Origin: Pseudomonadota bacterium
GTDB lineage: Bacteria > Desulfobacterota > Desulfobacteria > Desulfobacterales > JBDRRP01
Length of the DNA stretch: 64,000 nt
Assembly: GCA_043825735.1 (NCBI GenBank)
Contig: JBDRRP010000093.1
Span: 62,001 to 126,000 of the forward strand
Reading direction: 5' to 3'
Part shown: positions 10,046 to 20,873 of the stretch, in pieces
Layout of the letters: every line of letters begins with the position of its first letter
How positions within the stretch are numbered: the first letter of the stretch is position 1
The notes under the pieces: model-generated
Databases searched by the model: none
What the model saw: the letters and a program-made list of their open reading frames with translations, nothing else
What the model was told of the DNA's origin: nothing
Program-made: the position numbers and the translations under genes

Positions 10046-11478
10046 ACGCCGAAGACACCCATATCCTGATCGTCGACGACGAGCGCCCCATCTGCGAAAA
10101 CGGGGTGCGCATTCTGGCAAAGATCGGCCTGACCGCTGACTTCGCGCTCAGCGGCCAGGATGCGCTGCGCCGGCTCCAGGAGCAGCCGTACGCCGTAGTG
10201 GTGACCGACCTCAAAATGCACCGCATGGGCGGCCTCGAGTTGCTGCAGCGCATCCGGGAATCGTTTCCGGATACCCTGGTCGTGGTGATCACCGGATACG
10301 CCAGTGTGGCATCTGCCGTCGAAGTCATGAAAACCGGCGCCTTCGACTACCTTCCAAAGCCCTTCACGCCGCAGGAGTTGCGCGCGGTGGTCCAGCAGGC
10401 CCTGGATGCCCGCCGCCTGCGCATCGAAAACCGTGCTCTGACGGGCAGCGACGCTGCGGCGGCCCCGATGACCCATCAGATGGTGGGCCGCAGCGCCGGC
10501 ATCGCCAAGGTCATCGACATGGTGGCCAAAGTGTCACCCACCGACGCCACCGTACTGATCCAGGGTGAGAGCGGGACCGGCAAGGAACTGGTCGCCCGTG
10601 CCATCCACGCCAACAGCACCCGCAGTGCGCGTGTGTTTTTTGCGGTGGACTGCGGCACCCTGTCCAGCGAACTGCTGGAAAGCGAGCTGTTCGGGCACCG
10701 CCGCGGCGCATTTACCGGTGCTCACCGAGACAAACCGGGCATCTTCCAGCAGGCCGACGGCGGCACGGTGTTTCTCGATGAAATCAGCAACATCGGTGTG
10801 GCCGTGCAGGGAAAACTGCTGCGATTTCTGGAATCCCGTGAATTTCTTCCGGTGGGCGCCGAAACCGTCCACCAGGTGGATGTCCGCCTCATTTTCGCCA
10901 CCAACCGGGACCTGGAAGAAATGGTCCGTGCCGGCACTTTCCGGGAAGATTTTTACTACCGCATCGATGTTTACCCGATTATGGTGCCGCGACTGTCCGA
11001 ACGCCGGGAAGACATCCTTCCCATCGCCTACCACTTCCTGGAGCTGTTCAACCGTTCCGTCGGCAAGCGGATTAAAGATTTTGAGCAAAACGCCGCCGCC
11101 CGGTTGCGCGATTTCCACTGGCCGGGCAATGTGCGCCAGTTGCGCAACGTGATCGAGCGCGCCGTGATTCTGTGTGAGGGTGACCGCATCGGCCCGGCCG
11201 ATCTGCCACTGCTCACCGATCTGGACGCCCTGGGGGAACTGATGGACAACGTCCCCGAAGATAACGCTCAGCTCATTCAGGTAAAAAAAGAGATCAGAAA
11301 CAAGGCAGTGGTTCGCGTCGAACGCAGCTTTATAGTCAGCGCCCTGTCCAGAAACGATTGGAACGTGACCCGGGCCGCTACGCAAGTCGGCATGCAGCGC
11401 ACCAATTTTCAAAATCTCATGAAAAAACACGGCGTACGAATCCAGGATCGTCCAGCCAACGATGAGAACGGGGGCTGA
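10042..11478 (+). CDS. Sigma54-dependent response regulator (NtrC family; REC-AAA+-HTH)
   Basis: REC (LIVDDE, TDLKM, YLPKPF), GESGTGKE, GAFTGA, FLDEI, WPGNVRQLRN, C-terminal Fis-type HTH. Confidence 0.96.
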   Translation: MNAEDTHILIVDDERPICENGVRILAKIGLTADFALSGQDALRRLQEQPYAVVVTDLKMHRMGGLELLQRIRESFPDTLVVVITGYASVASAVEVMKTGAFDYLPKPFTPQELRAVVQQALDARRLRIENRALTGSDAAAAPMTHQMVGRSAGIAKVIDMVAKVSPTDATVLIQGESGTGKELVARAIHANSTRSARVFFAVDCGTLSSELLESELFGHRRGAFTGAHRDKPGIFQQADGGTVFLDEISNIGVAVQGKLLRFLESREFLPVGAETVHQVDVRLIFATNRDLEEMVRAGTFREDFYYRIDVYPIMVPRLSERREDILPIAYHFLELFNRSVGKRIKDFEQNAAARLRDFHWPGNVRQLRNVIERAVILCEGDRIGPADLPLLTDLDALGELMDNVPEDNAQLIQVKKEIRNKAVVRVERSFIVSALSRNDWNVTRAATQVGMQRTNFQNLMKKHGVRIQDRPANDENGG

Positions 11479-11488
11479 ACGACAGGGT

Positions 11489-11684
11489 GTGTATATTTTT
11501 TATATACTCCGTATATCCTCCATAAACACCCAGCCCCCGGCGCCTGTACACCCCTTTCCGCCCCTTGCCGACGTCCGCCGCAAACCGCCACCGGCGCTGA
11601 GTTTCCGCCCGCCACCCCGGCGCACCCGAAGCCAGCCGGCAGGCAGGAAATCAACGCCCACAAGTGTATATTACTAAAATACAC
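11489..11684. promoter_or_regulatory. Three candidate enhancer (UAS) palindromes GTGTAT-N9-ATACAC
   Basis: 11489-11509 GTGTAT-N9-ATACTC; 11509-11529 CCGTAT-N9-AAACAC; 11664-11684 GTGTAT-N9-ATACAC (perfect arms). Confidence 0.65.
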
Positions 11685-11757
11685 GGCGCTTTCGTGGGCC
11701 GAGCCAATAATATAATTATTCCATATATTACAGTAATATACCGCTCAACCTGCCTCT

Positions 11758-11773
11758 TGGCACCATATTCGCA
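11758..11773 (+). promoter_or_regulatory. Sigma54 (-24/-12) promoter
   Basis: TGGCAC-CATAT-TCGCA versus consensus TGGCAC-N5-TTGC; AT-rich tract just upstream; adjacent to a sigma54 activator gene. Confidence 0.75.
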
Positions 11774-11850
11774 ACGGGTGACGTGCACTGTGAAGCGATA
11801 CCTTCTGGCCCACAACGATCAGAAACGCACACCCCGCGATGGAGGATACT

Positions 11851-13533
11851 ATGGATGCAGCTCTCAAAGTAATGGTGGTGGATGACGAAGCCCGGATTTG
11901 TGGCAACGTGGCCAAAATCCTTTCGAAAAGCGGTTTCGATGTGGTGACAGCCCAGAGCGCCCAGGAAGCCTTGGAAAAAATGGCGCTGGGATCCTATTCT
12001 CTGCTCATCTCGGACATTGTCATGCCGGGAATGAACGGCCTGGAACTGCTCAAGCTCGTTAAAAAGGACTGGCCGCTGACCAAGGCGGTCATGATGACCG
12101 CCTACGCATCCACCGACACGGCCCTGAAGGCCATCCGCATGGGTGCCTTGGACTACATCCCCAAGCCTTTCACGCCTGATGAGCTGCGTGCCACCGTCGA
12201 TATGGCCCTGTCCGGCCAGCGCGCCGAAGTGCCCGTCAGCGATGTTGAGCGCGACGCCATCGATGTCATCGATCTGGACATCCCTTTCGACCATGACGAA
12301 GTCGCCGACGCTGTCGGCGAGCAGTACGCCGGCATGATCGGCCCATCCGACATGCCGGTCGTCGAGGTCAAAGCGCGCGCGCCGCTGGAGGGGTTTTGCG
12401 AGGTGGGCGTCATGGTATGCGACATATTCAAAAAACTCGGAGCCACGTGCAAGGCCGGCACCAAAAGCGGTGCCTGCCCCCAGCTCAAGAAAAAAGGCGC
12501 ACAACAAGGGAACTCCCGGCCGGCGTTTAATGCAAAGCGCCTGATCGGCATCGACCAGCCCTTTGATTATAAGGAAGTGGCCGCCGTCACCGGTCCGGAA
12601 TACATTCGCAACCTGCACAGTGACGGGGTCTCCGTACCTTACTACGAAGATCTGAAAACTGCTGTGGCCAAAATGGACGCCTCCCCGCGCCGGGTCATTG
12701 ATGTGGATGTACCCTTTGATCATGACGAGGTGGCCGCCGCCACCGGTGAGACATACGCGCGTCACATCGGTCCTTCGGACATGCCTCAGGTTGAAATCAC
12801 GGTGGCTGCGCCGATGGAAGGTTTCTGCGAAGTAGGCACCATGGTCTGCGACATCTTCAAGAAGCTCGGAGCCACTTGCAAGGCCGGCACCAAGAGTGGG
12901 GCATGCCCGCAGCTCAAGAAAAAAACCGCAAAAAAAAGTGCTACCGCCGACGCGTTCGACGGCCGGCGCCTGCTGGCCCCGGACCTGCCGTTCGACGTCT
13001 TGGAGGTTGCGGCCATTGCGGGACCGGGCTATGTCGATCACCTGGTTTACGAAGGCACTTTCCAGCCGTCCTATGAGGCTGTAAAAGCCAACGTTGCCCG
13101 CATGGATGCTGAAATGTCCGCCCTGCAGGAAGCCCCGGCTTACCCGGGACTGCCAGCCGAACCGACCACCCGAAATATCCTGGTGATCGATGATGAAGTG
13201 GCCGTCAATAACAACATCCGCAAGGTGCTGTCCAAAAACGGCTATCACATCGACCAGGCCACCACCAAGACCGAAGCGCTCAAACACATCGCCGGTCACC
13301 CGTATAAGGTAATCCTGCTCGATCTGAAAATTCCCGGGGTGCAGGGGCTCGAACTGCTCGAGGCCATCAGGGACCGCCAGCCACGCGCCAAGGTGATCGT
13401 CATTACCGGTTATGCCTCCATCGAAACGGCGGTAGAAACCGCTCGCCTGGGCGCTATCGGCTACGTGGCCAAGCCATTCACCCCCGACGAACTGCGCCAG
13501 GCCACCGATTACGCCAACCGCCTGGCCGCCTGA
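11851..13533 (+). CDS. Response regulator with N- and C-terminal receiver domains and a duplicated central Cys-rich domain
   Basis: REC1 (MVVDDE, SDIVMP, YIPKPF), REC2 (LVIDDE, LDLKIP, YVAKPF); 143-aa duplication, each copy with Cx6Cx9Cx8C; GGAGG RBS before ATG 11851. Confidence 0.9.
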   Translation: MDAALKVMVVDDEARICGNVAKILSKSGFDVVTAQSAQEALEKMALGSYSLLISDIVMPGMNGLELLKLVKKDWPLTKAVMMTAYASTDTALKAIRMGALDYIPKPFTPDELRATVDMALSGQRAEVPVSDVERDAIDVIDLDIPFDHDEVADAVGEQYAGMIGPSDMPVVEVKARAPLEGFCEVGVMVCDIFKKLGATCKAGTKSGACPQLKKKGAQQGNSRPAFNAKRLIGIDQPFDYKEVAAVTGPEYIRNLHSDGVSVPYYEDLKTAVAKMDASPRRVIDVDVPFDHDEVAAATGETYARHIGPSDMPQVEITVAAPMEGFCEVGTMVCDIFKKLGATCKAGTKSGACPQLKKKTAKKSATADAFDGRRLLAPDLPFDVLEVAAIAGPGYVDHLVYEGTFQPSYEAVKANVARMDAEMSALQEAPAYPGLPAEPTTRNILVIDDEVAVNNNIRKVLSKNGYHIDQATTKTEALKHIAGHPYKVILLDLKIPGVQGLELLEAIRDRQPRAKVIVITGYASIETAVETARLGAIGYVAKPFTPDELRQATDYANRLAA

Positions 13534-13585
13534 TGGGGTTGGTTCACCACGGAGGACACGGAGAAAGCTACAGCAATTGATATTT

Positions 13586-13900
13586 GGATCATCTCCCAAA
13601 GAATGGGGCGATGAATAGGGGCCAAGAGTCCGAGGGTTGCGCCTATACGGCTTAACAGCGACAAGGAATCGAGTGAAAAACAACTAAGAAAACAACAAAA
13701 TACGTCTGTGGACCATAAGGCTTTGGGGCACCTGCATTGAGTGTGCGTTTTGATCTCACAGGTAACATGCTGCCGGGATCGGCAACAAGCCACAAGAGCA
13801 CTGAATAACGCCCAATGACGTCACTTGACCCCTTGGCCCCTTGACCCCTTGGCCCCTTGAACCCTCGGACCCTTTTCTTCAACTAAATGGGAGAAGACCC
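13586..13900. repeat. Intergenic element with 8-bp CCCCTTGR repeats and inverted ends; related sequence at about 3465-3550 and 7965-8050
   Basis: ttgaccccttggccccttgaccccttggccccttgaaccctcgg; segment gtcgctgttaagccgtatagg occurs at about 7984 and inverted at about 13642. Confidence 0.6.
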
Positions 13901-14264
13901 TGATATTTAAACCCCACAGAGTTCTCTGCGAACTCTGTGGTTCAAAATCGCTTTTACGGTTTGACCAAAGTGAGTCCGCCTCTGCCGTTTTCATTTCTCC
14001 AGCCCAACCGACCCATCGAAACACCGTCTAAATTCGTGCTCACGACACCTCTCAAATGAGACATAACTCATTACCACCACTTCCGATTTTGTTCCCCAAC
14101 CGCTCCCAAAACGAATAGGGCCGCGCAAAAACTCCGAATTTCATTGACATGATTTCCGTCAACCGTTAGAAAAGCCTTTCGATTTTCAAGTGATGGGCCG
14201 CACCGTCAACACGCGGCACCGTCCCTTGACTGAACGCTCATTCAATCCTTTAAGGAGTGACACC

Positions 14265-14651
14265 ATGTCTAAGGATGTCATCGGTTCGGTTCTTGTCGTC
14301 GGCGGCGGTATCGCTGGAATGCGCTCGGCACTGGATCTGGCGAACTCGGGCTACTATGTTTACCTGCTGGAAAAATCCCCATCCATCGGCGGGGTCATGT
14401 CCCAGTTGGACAAGACCTTTCCCACCAACGACTGCGCGATGTGAATCATCTCTCCCGTACTGGTCGAGGTCGGCCGGCACCTGAACATCGAGTTGATCAC
14501 CTACGCAGATCTTGAGTCGGTCGAAGGCGGACCGGGCAACTTCAAAGTCAAGGTGCGCAAGCGCGCCCGCTATATTAATATGGACCGATGCACCGGCTGC
14601 GGCGCTTGCGTAGAAAACTGCCCGGTTGTCCAAATGGCTCCGGCAGCATAG
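14265..14651 (+). CDS. hdrA: Stand-alone HdrA N-terminal FAD-binding fragment, selenoprotein (Sec TGA 14442-14444), 128 aa
   Basis: VLVVGGGIAG...LDKTFPTNDCAM-TGA-IISPVLVEVGRH...GNFKVKVRKRARY...CTGCGACVENCP-TAG; HdrA homology continues in frame past TGA; downstream hairpin ctggtcg-aggt-cggccgg. Confidence 0.88.
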
Positions 14652-14689
14652 ATGCGAAATATCGAATCAAATTTTCAAGAGAGGCATGC

Positions 14690-15187
14690 ATGAGCGAGGC
14701 AACCGCTACGGCGATGGCCCCGGAGGTCGATATCGACTATCTGGAGCTTGATCGCGTCATTGACGAAGAATACGAAAAAGATCCGGAGAATCTCATTATG
14801 ATTCTCCAGGCCATTCAAAACCGCTATAATTACTTACCCCAGGTGACATTGGCCTATTTGTCAGCCAAAATTCGGGTCCCATACAGCAAGATTTATGAAG
14901 TTGCGACCTTCTATAGCACCTTCAGCCTGAAACCGAGGGGCCGTCACATTATTTCCCTCTGTCTCGGCACGGCGTGTCACGTCCGCGGGGCCGAACGCAT
15001 CCGCGAGCGGCTCACCACTACCTTGGGAATCGGCGACGGCCAGACCTCCGACGACAAGCGGTTCACCCTTGAGACAGTCCGTTGTATCGGCTGCTGCAGC
15101 CTGGGCCCAGTAGTCAAGATCGATGAGGACATGCACGCCCGCCTGGCCTCCGATCAAGTCGGCAAAATTCTCGAGCAATACGAATAA
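14690..15187 (+). CDS. NuoE/HydC-like [2Fe-2S] subunit
   Basis: VATFYSTF, CLGTACHV, CIGCCSLGP. Confidence 0.92.
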   Translation: MSEATATAMAPEVDIDYLELDRVIDEEYEKDPENLIMILQAIQNRYNYLPQVTLAYLSAKIRVPYSKIYEVATFYSTFSLKPRGRHIISLCLGTACHVRGAERIRERLTTTLGIGDGQTSDDKRFTLETVRCIGCCSLGPVVKIDEDMHARLASDQVGKILEQYE

Positions 15188-15210
15188 TCGTGAAATAACG
15201 AGGTTTTAAG

Positions 15211-17115
15211 ATGAAAATCCAGTCTGTAAAAGACTTGGCCAAAATCAGCAAAGTCTACCGGCAAAACCTCTACCGCCCGGGTAAGATCAAAGTCAACATT
15301 GGCATGGCTTCCTGCGGAATTGCCGCCGGCGCCATGGATGCCTTCAACAAAGCCCAGGAAACCTTTAAAGACGACGACACGGTGGATATCTGCCAGACCG
15401 GATGCATCGGGTTCTGCGAGCAGGAACCACTGGTTGAAATTCTTGGCGAAGGCCGGCCGCGGGTCATGTACAAGAAAATCACCCCGGACCGGATCCTGGA
15501 GGCCATTGAAGACTACCGTTCCGGAAAACTGGAAAAGAAAAAGTGGATCATGGGCCAGCTCAAGGACCCCAGGGGGTTGTTGGAAGCCGACGATCCCAAC
15601 CCGGTAGCCGATATCGTACCCATAGAAAACATTCCGGCTTTCGAAGACAACCCGTTTTACAGCAAACAAGTCAAAGTGGCGCTGCGCAATTGCGGCTACA
15701 TCGACCCGGACAGCATCGAAGAATATGTGGCCCGCGGCGGCTATCGGGCATTCCTCAAGGCCCTGCACGATCTCAACCCCGCCGACATCATCACCGAAGT
15801 CAAGGGATCGGGACTCCGCGGCCGAGGCGGCGGCGGCTTCCCCACCGGCATCAAATGGGCCACCTGCGCCAAGCACCACGGCGAGCGCTACATTATCTGT
15901 AATGCCGACGAAGGGGATCCCGGGGCTTACATGGACCGGTCCATTCTTGAAGGCGATCCCCATAGCGTGCTGGAAGGGATGCTCATCGCCGGCGTGGCCA
16001 TCGGCTCCAGCCATGGATACCTGTATGTCAGAAACGAATATCCCCTGGCTGTCAAACGGTTGGTCACCGCCATCCGCCAGGCCGAAAAATACGGGCTGGT
16101 GGGCGACAATATCTGTGGCACGGAATTTTCGTTTCACTTTAAAATCTCCCGGGGTGCCGGCGCCTTTGTCTGCGGCGAGTCCACCGCCCTGATGGCTTCT
16201 CTGGAGGGCAAAGTGGGACGCCCCAGAGCCAAGTCTGTGCACACTGTGGAAAAAGGCTTTCGCGACGGACCCACCAACCTCAACAATGTAGAGACATACG
16301 CAAACGTCCCCCCCATCATCCTTAACGGCGCCGGGTGGTACGCCGCCATGGGCACGGAACACAGCAAGGGGACCAAGGTCTTTTCCCTCTGCGGCAAAAT
16401 TCGCAACACCGGCCTGGTCGAAGTCCCCATGGGAACCAGCCTGCGCGAGATCGTTTTCGATATGGGCGGCGGTGTTCCCAAGAAGAAGAAATTCAAGGCC
16501 GTACAGACCGGTGGTCCCTCCGGCGGCTGTATTCCGGAGCGCTATCTCGATCTTCCGGTCGATTACCAGAAACTGGCTGAAGTCGGTTCCATCATGGGTT
16601 CGGGCGGCATGATCGTCATGGACCAGGACACCTGTATGGTCGACGTGGCCCGCTACTTTCTCGACTTTCTCAAGGAAGAATCCTGCGGTCAGTGCAACCC
16701 CTGCCGCGAGGGGATCAAGCAGATGCTCAACATCCTGACCCGCATCTGCGATGGCAACGGGCGAGAAGGAGACATCGAACTGCTGGAAGAACTGGGCACC
16801 ATGGTCCAGAAATTTTCCCTCTGCGGTCTGGGCACGGCAGCGCCCAATCCCGTGCTGACCACCATTCTCTATTTTCGTGAAGAATACACAGAACACATTC
16901 ACGACAAAAAATGCCGGGCCGGCGTCTGCAAAAACCTCTTCCATTACGAGATCGACCAAGAGGCCTGTACCGGGTGTCAGGTATGCTTCCGCCAATGCCC
17001 CCAGGACGCGATTTCCGGGGAGAAAAAGAAGCCGCATGCCATTGACCAGGAAAAATGCATCAAATGCGGCATCTGCTACGACGGCTGCAAGTTTGATGCA
17101 ATTGCCATCCGATAA
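15211..17115 (+). CDS. NuoF/HydB-like NAD(P)H- and FMN-binding subunit
   Basis: N-terminal thioredoxin-like 2Fe-2S domain, GLRGRGGGGFPTG, NADEGDPGAYMDR, GAGAFVCGE, GGPSGGC, ESCGQCNPCREG, two C-terminal 4Fe-4S motifs. Confidence 0.95.
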   Translation: MKIQSVKDLAKISKVYRQNLYRPGKIKVNIGMASCGIAAGAMDAFNKAQETFKDDDTVDICQTGCIGFCEQEPLVEILGEGRPRVMYKKITPDRILEAIEDYRSGKLEKKKWIMGQLKDPRGLLEADDPNPVADIVPIENIPAFEDNPFYSKQVKVALRNCGYIDPDSIEEYVARGGYRAFLKALHDLNPADIITEVKGSGLRGRGGGGFPTGIKWATCAKHHGERYIICNADEGDPGAYMDRSILEGDPHSVLEGMLIAGVAIGSSHGYLYVRNEYPLAVKRLVTAIRQAEKYGLVGDNICGTEFSFHFKISRGAGAFVCGESTALMASLEGKVGRPRAKSVHTVEKGFRDGPTNLNNVETYANVPPIILNGAGWYAAMGTEHSKGTKVFSLCGKIRNTGLVEVPMGTSLREIVFDMGGGVPKKKKFKAVQTGGPSGGCIPERYLDLPVDYQKLAEVGSIMGSGGMIVMDQDTCMVDVARYFLDFLKEESCGQCNPCREGIKQMLNILTRICDGNGREGDIELLEELGTMVQKFSLCGLGTAAPNPVLTTILYFREEYTEHIHDKKCRAGVCKNLFHYEIDQEACTGCQVCFRQCPQDAISGEKKKPHAIDQEKCIKCGICYDGCKFDAIAIR

Positions 17116-17129
17116 AAGGGATATGATCC

Positions 17130-20100
17130 ATGATCACGTTCAAACTCAACGGTAAGCAAGTTCAGGGAGAAGAGGGGCAGTATATCCTCCAGGTCGCCGA
17201 AAAATACGGCGTCGAGATCCCCACCCTGTGCCACCACAAAGCACTGGAACCGGCCGGCATGTGCCGCCTTTGCACCGTCGAGCTCTTCGACGGCCGCAGA
17301 TCGCGCTTTGTCACCTCCTGCAATTATCCCATATGGGAAGGGATGGAGGTTAAAACCGATTCCGAAGCGGTACACCAGGGACGCAAACTCATTGTCGAGC
17401 TGCTCCTGGCCCGCTGTCCGGAAGTGCCCGTACTCCAGAAACTGGCCAAGGGCTACGGTATCGACCAGCCGCGCTTCCCCCCCGAAGGCGACACCTGCAT
17501 CCTTTGCGGACTCTGTGTGCGCATGTGCGAAAAAATGGGCAACAGCGCCATCAGCCTCACCGGCCGGGGCGTGGAAATGAAAGTAGACACGCCGTACAAC
17601 GTCCAGACAGACATCTGTATGGCCTGCGGCGCCTGTGCCTCGGTCTGCCCCACCGGTCACATCACCTTGGAAAAGATCCGCGAAGAAATCACCAGAAAGA
17701 GCGGGATCAAGCCCATCCCGTCCGAGTATGACATGGGCCTCAAGGGTCGCAAACCGGTCTACGTGCCGTATGCCCAGGCCGTGCCCAACACACCGGTCAT
17801 CGATGACAGCGTGTGCATGCATTTCAAGACCGGCGGATGCAAGGTCTGCCACTCGTTTTGCGGCGTGGACGCCATCGACCACACCATGAAGGACGAAATT
17901 ATCGAACTGAACGTGGGTGCGGTGATCCTTGCCCCCGGGTTCGAGCCATTCGATCCGTCGGCCTTTGACAGCTACGCCTACGCGAAATTGCCCAACGTGG
18001 TCACCGCCATGGAAATGGAGCGGTATCTCTCGGCCTCCGGCCCCACGGCAGGGCACCTGGTGCGCCCCAGCGACCACACCGAACCCAAGAAGATCGCCTG
18101 GTTCCAGTGCGTGGGCTCGCGCGACATGAACCGTTGCGACAACAGCTACTGCTCGTCGGTGTGCTGCATGTACGCCATCAAGGAGGCGGTCATCGCCAAG
18201 GAGCATGCCGGCGATGATCTGGACTGCGCCGTGTTCTACATGGACATGAGAACCCACGGCAAGGACTTCGAGCGCTTTTACGAGCGCGCCAAGGACAAGG
18301 GCGTGCGTTTTATCCGCAGCCGGGTGCACACCATCGACCCGGTGGGCGATGCCGGCGATCTGTCCCTGCGCTACGTCACCGACGACGGGACCATCGAAGT
18401 CGAACAGTTCGATCTGATTGTTTTGTCCGTTGGCATGCAGACCCAGAAGGAAACCAAGGAACTGGCCGCGCGACTGGGCATCGAGATGACCGCCGGCAAT
18501 TTCGCCAAGACCGGAACCTTCACCCCGGTGGCCACCAACAAACCCGGTATTTTCGTGTGCGGCGCTTTCCAGGGTCCCAAAGACATTCCCCAGTCGGTGG
18601 TCGACGCCAGCGCCGCCGCGGCCGCCGCGGGCGAGATCCTGGCCGCCGGTCGGGGCACCCTCACCCGGCAGGCGGAAAAGGTCCCCGAGACCAACGTCTT
18701 CAACGAGCGCCCGCGCATCGGCGTGTTCGTCTGCCGCTGCGGCATCAACATCGCCGGTGTGGTGGATGTGCCGTCCGTGCGCGACTACGCCGCGAGCCTG
18801 CCCTACGTGGAATACGTCTCCGACAACCTGTACTCCTGCTCCCAGGACACGCAGGATACAATGGCCCAGATCATCAAGCAAAAAAATCTGAATCGGGTCG
18901 TGGTGGCTGCCTGCACCCCCAAGACACATGAACCGCTTTTCCAGGAAACCCTCATTACAGCGGGTCTCAACAAGTACCTTTTTGAGATGTGCAACATCCG
19001 TAACCACGACTCCTGGGTTCATAAAAACAATCCGAAGCTGGCAACCGCCAAGGCCAAGGACCTGGTGCGTATGGCCGTAGCCAAGGTGGGCCTCATGCAG
19101 CCGCTCAAGGAAGCCGTCCTGCAGGTCAACCAGACGGCCCTGGTCATCGGCGGGGGCATCGCCGGTATGAGTGCGGCGCAAACGCTGGCAGCCCAGGGTT
19201 ATGACACCCATATCATTGAAAAAACAGGACAGCTCGGGGGTCAGGCACGCAATTTGTTCCAGACGACTGCCGGAGAGAACATCGGTGAAAAACTGGCGGA
19301 TCTGGTTGCCGGAGTGACCGGTCACAAACGGATCACGGTTCACCTGGATACCGAGCTTACGGCGGTAGATGGCTTCGTCGGCAATTTCAAATCGATGCTG
19401 AAAACCGGTGACGCGGAACAATCGCTGGAGCACGGCATCGCCGTGGTCGCCACCGGCGGTCATCCGCTGGAGCCCGATGAATACAGCTACGGTTCGGATC
19501 CGCGCATCGTCACCAGCCTCGAGCTGGATCGGCGCTTCAAAGCCGACGATCCGGCACTGGCGGCAATGGACACCGCGGTGTTCATCCAGTGCGTGGGCAG
19601 CCGGGAGCCCCAGCGCCCCTATTGCTCGCGCGTTTGCTGCACCCATTCGGTGGACAACGCCCTGCAGCTCAAGAAACGCAACCCGGAGATGAACGTCTAT
19701 ATTTTGTACCGGGATATCCGCACCTACGGTGAGCGGGAATACGTATATAAGGAAGCCCGGGAAAAGGGCGTGATCTTTGTGCGCTACAGCCTGGCGAACA
19801 AGCCCCGGGTGGCGCTCGAAGACGGCCGCCTCACAGTGACCGTCACCGATCATGTGCTGGGTCTTCCGATCGCCATCGAGGCCGACCTGCTCACCCTGGC
19901 CACGGCCATTTTGCCCAACAAGGACGAAAACTTCGCCCAGTTCTTCAAAGTGCCGCTCAATGATGACGGTTTCTTCGTTGAAAAACACGCCAAGCTGGGA
20001 CCCAGCGAGTTCGCCACTGACGGTGTGTTCCTTTGCGGCCTGGCCCATTACCCAAAGCCCATTGACGAGGCGATCAGCCAGGGCAAGGCCGCGGCATCGC

Positions 20101-20393
20101 GCGCGGTCACCCTGCTGGCGCAAAAGACGGTCACCACCAGCGGCACCATCGCCGAGGTCGAGCCTGCGATGTGCAGCCAGTGCGGCATCTGCGTGTCCGT
20201 GTGTCCCTACTCGGCACCGGCTTTCCGCGGCGCCGACGAACGCTTCTGGCCCGGCCGTGCCGAGATCAACCCGGTGCTGTGCAAGGGATGCGGTCTTTGC
20301 GTGGCATCATGCCGCTCCGGCGCCATCCGGCTCAAGGGCTTTGACAACGATCAGATTTTTGCTCAGATATTTGCCATGACCGCGGCGGTCTGA
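17130..20393 (+). CDS. Fusion of NuoG/HydA-type N-terminal Fe-S domains to a large HdrA-like flavoprotein
   Basis: IPTLC...CRLCTVE...[13 protein letters not shown]; then [27 protein letters not shown]...[30 protein letters not shown], second QCVGSRE...YCSRVCC, terminal ferredoxin. Confidence 0.92.
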   Translation: MITFKLNGKQVQGEEGQYILQVAEKYGVEIPTLCHHKALEPAGMCRLCTVELFDGRRSRFVTSCNYPIWEGMEVKTDSEAVHQGRKLIVELLLARCPEVPVLQKLAKGYGIDQPRFPPEGDTCILCGLCVRMCEKMGNSAISLTGRGVEMKVDTPYNVQTDICMACGACASVCPTGHITLEKIREEITRKSGIKPIPSEYDMGLKGRKPVYVPYAQAVPNTPVIDDSVCMHFKTGGCKVCHSFCGVDAIDHTMKDEIIELNVGAVILAPGFEPFDPSAFDSYAYAKLPNVVTAMEMERYLSASGPTAGHLVRPSDHTEPKKIAWFQCVGSRDMNRCDNSYCSSVCCMYAIKEAVIAKEHAGDDLDCAVFYMDMRTHGKDFERFYERAKDKGVRFIRSRVHTIDPVGDAGDLSLRYVTDDGTIEVEQFDLIVLSVGMQTQKETKELAARLGIEMTAGNFAKTGTFTPVATNKPGIFVCGAFQGPKDIPQSVVDASAAAAAAGEILAAGRGTLTRQAEKVPETNVFNERPRIGVFVCRCGINIAGVVDVPSVRDYAASLPYVEYVSDNLYSCSQDTQDTMAQIIKQKNLNRVVVAACTPKTHEPLFQETLITAGLNKYLFEMCNIRNHDSWVHKNNPKLATAKAKDLVRMAVAKVGLMQPLKEAVLQVNQTALVIGGGIAGMSAAQTLAAQGYDTHIIEKTGQLGGQARNLFQTTAGENIGEKLADLVAGVTGHKRITVHLDTELTAVDGFVGNFKSMLKTGDAEQSLEHGIAVVATGGHPLEPDEYSYGSDPRIVTSLELDRRFKADDPALAAMDTAVFIQCVGSREPQRPYCSRVCCTHSVDNALQLKKRNPEMNVYILYRDIRTYGEREYVYKEAREKGVIFVRYSLANKPRVALEDGRLTVTVTDHVLGLPIAIEADLLTLATAILPNKDENFAQFFKVPLNDDGFFVEKHAKLGPSEFATDGVFLCGLAHYPKPIDEAISQGKAAASRAVTLLAQKTVTTSGTIAEVEPAMCSQCGICVSVCPYSAPAFRGADERFWPGRAEINPVLCKGCGLCVASCRSGAIRLKGFDNDQIFAQIFAMTAAV

Positions 20394-20440
20394 CACTGAC
20401 ACCGTGTGCATGGCAGCACGTTACACGAAGGAGATACGAC

Positions 20441-20872
20441 ATGGCAGAATGGGAACCTAAAATTGTGGCATTCCTCTGCAACTGGTGCAGCTACGGGGCC
20501 GCAGACCTGGCGGGCGTGAGCCGGATGGAATACCCGCCCAATATCCGGGTCATCCGCATCCCGTGCACCGGCCGCATGAGCCCGAAATTCGCTTTGGCGG
20601 CCCTGCGCGAAGGAGCTGACGGCGTCTGGGTATCCGGGTGACATCCGGGTGAATGCCATTACCTGGAAGGTAATTACTACGCCCGTCGGAAATTCGCCCT
20701 TTTCAACAACCTGATGGAACACACGGGGATAGAACCCGAACGCCTCCATTTTTCCTGGATCTCTTCGGCCGAGTCGACCAAGTTCGTCGACGTCGTCAAG
20801 AAGGTAACGGCGGCCGTGAAGGCTCTCGGCCCCAATCAACGATATCTGAAAACAACAGCCAAGGTCGCCTAA
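20441..20872 (+). CDS. flxD: MvhD/FlxD-type [2Fe-2S] protein, selenoprotein (Sec TGA 20639-20641), 143 aa
   Basis: [12 protein letters not shown]...PCTGR...[23 protein letters not shown]...FSWISSAE...TAA 20870-20872; TGA at the Cys of the GCHxGDCHY motif; hairpin tccgggt...acctgga follows. Confidence 0.92.
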
Positions 20873-20873
20873 G

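Noticed and set aside
17076..20123. Long antisense ORFs (1015 aa here; also 11728-13683, 15154-17037, 33914-35611, 51735-54083)
   Set aside because: Shadow frames of GC-rich genes on the opposite strand; no recognisable motifs
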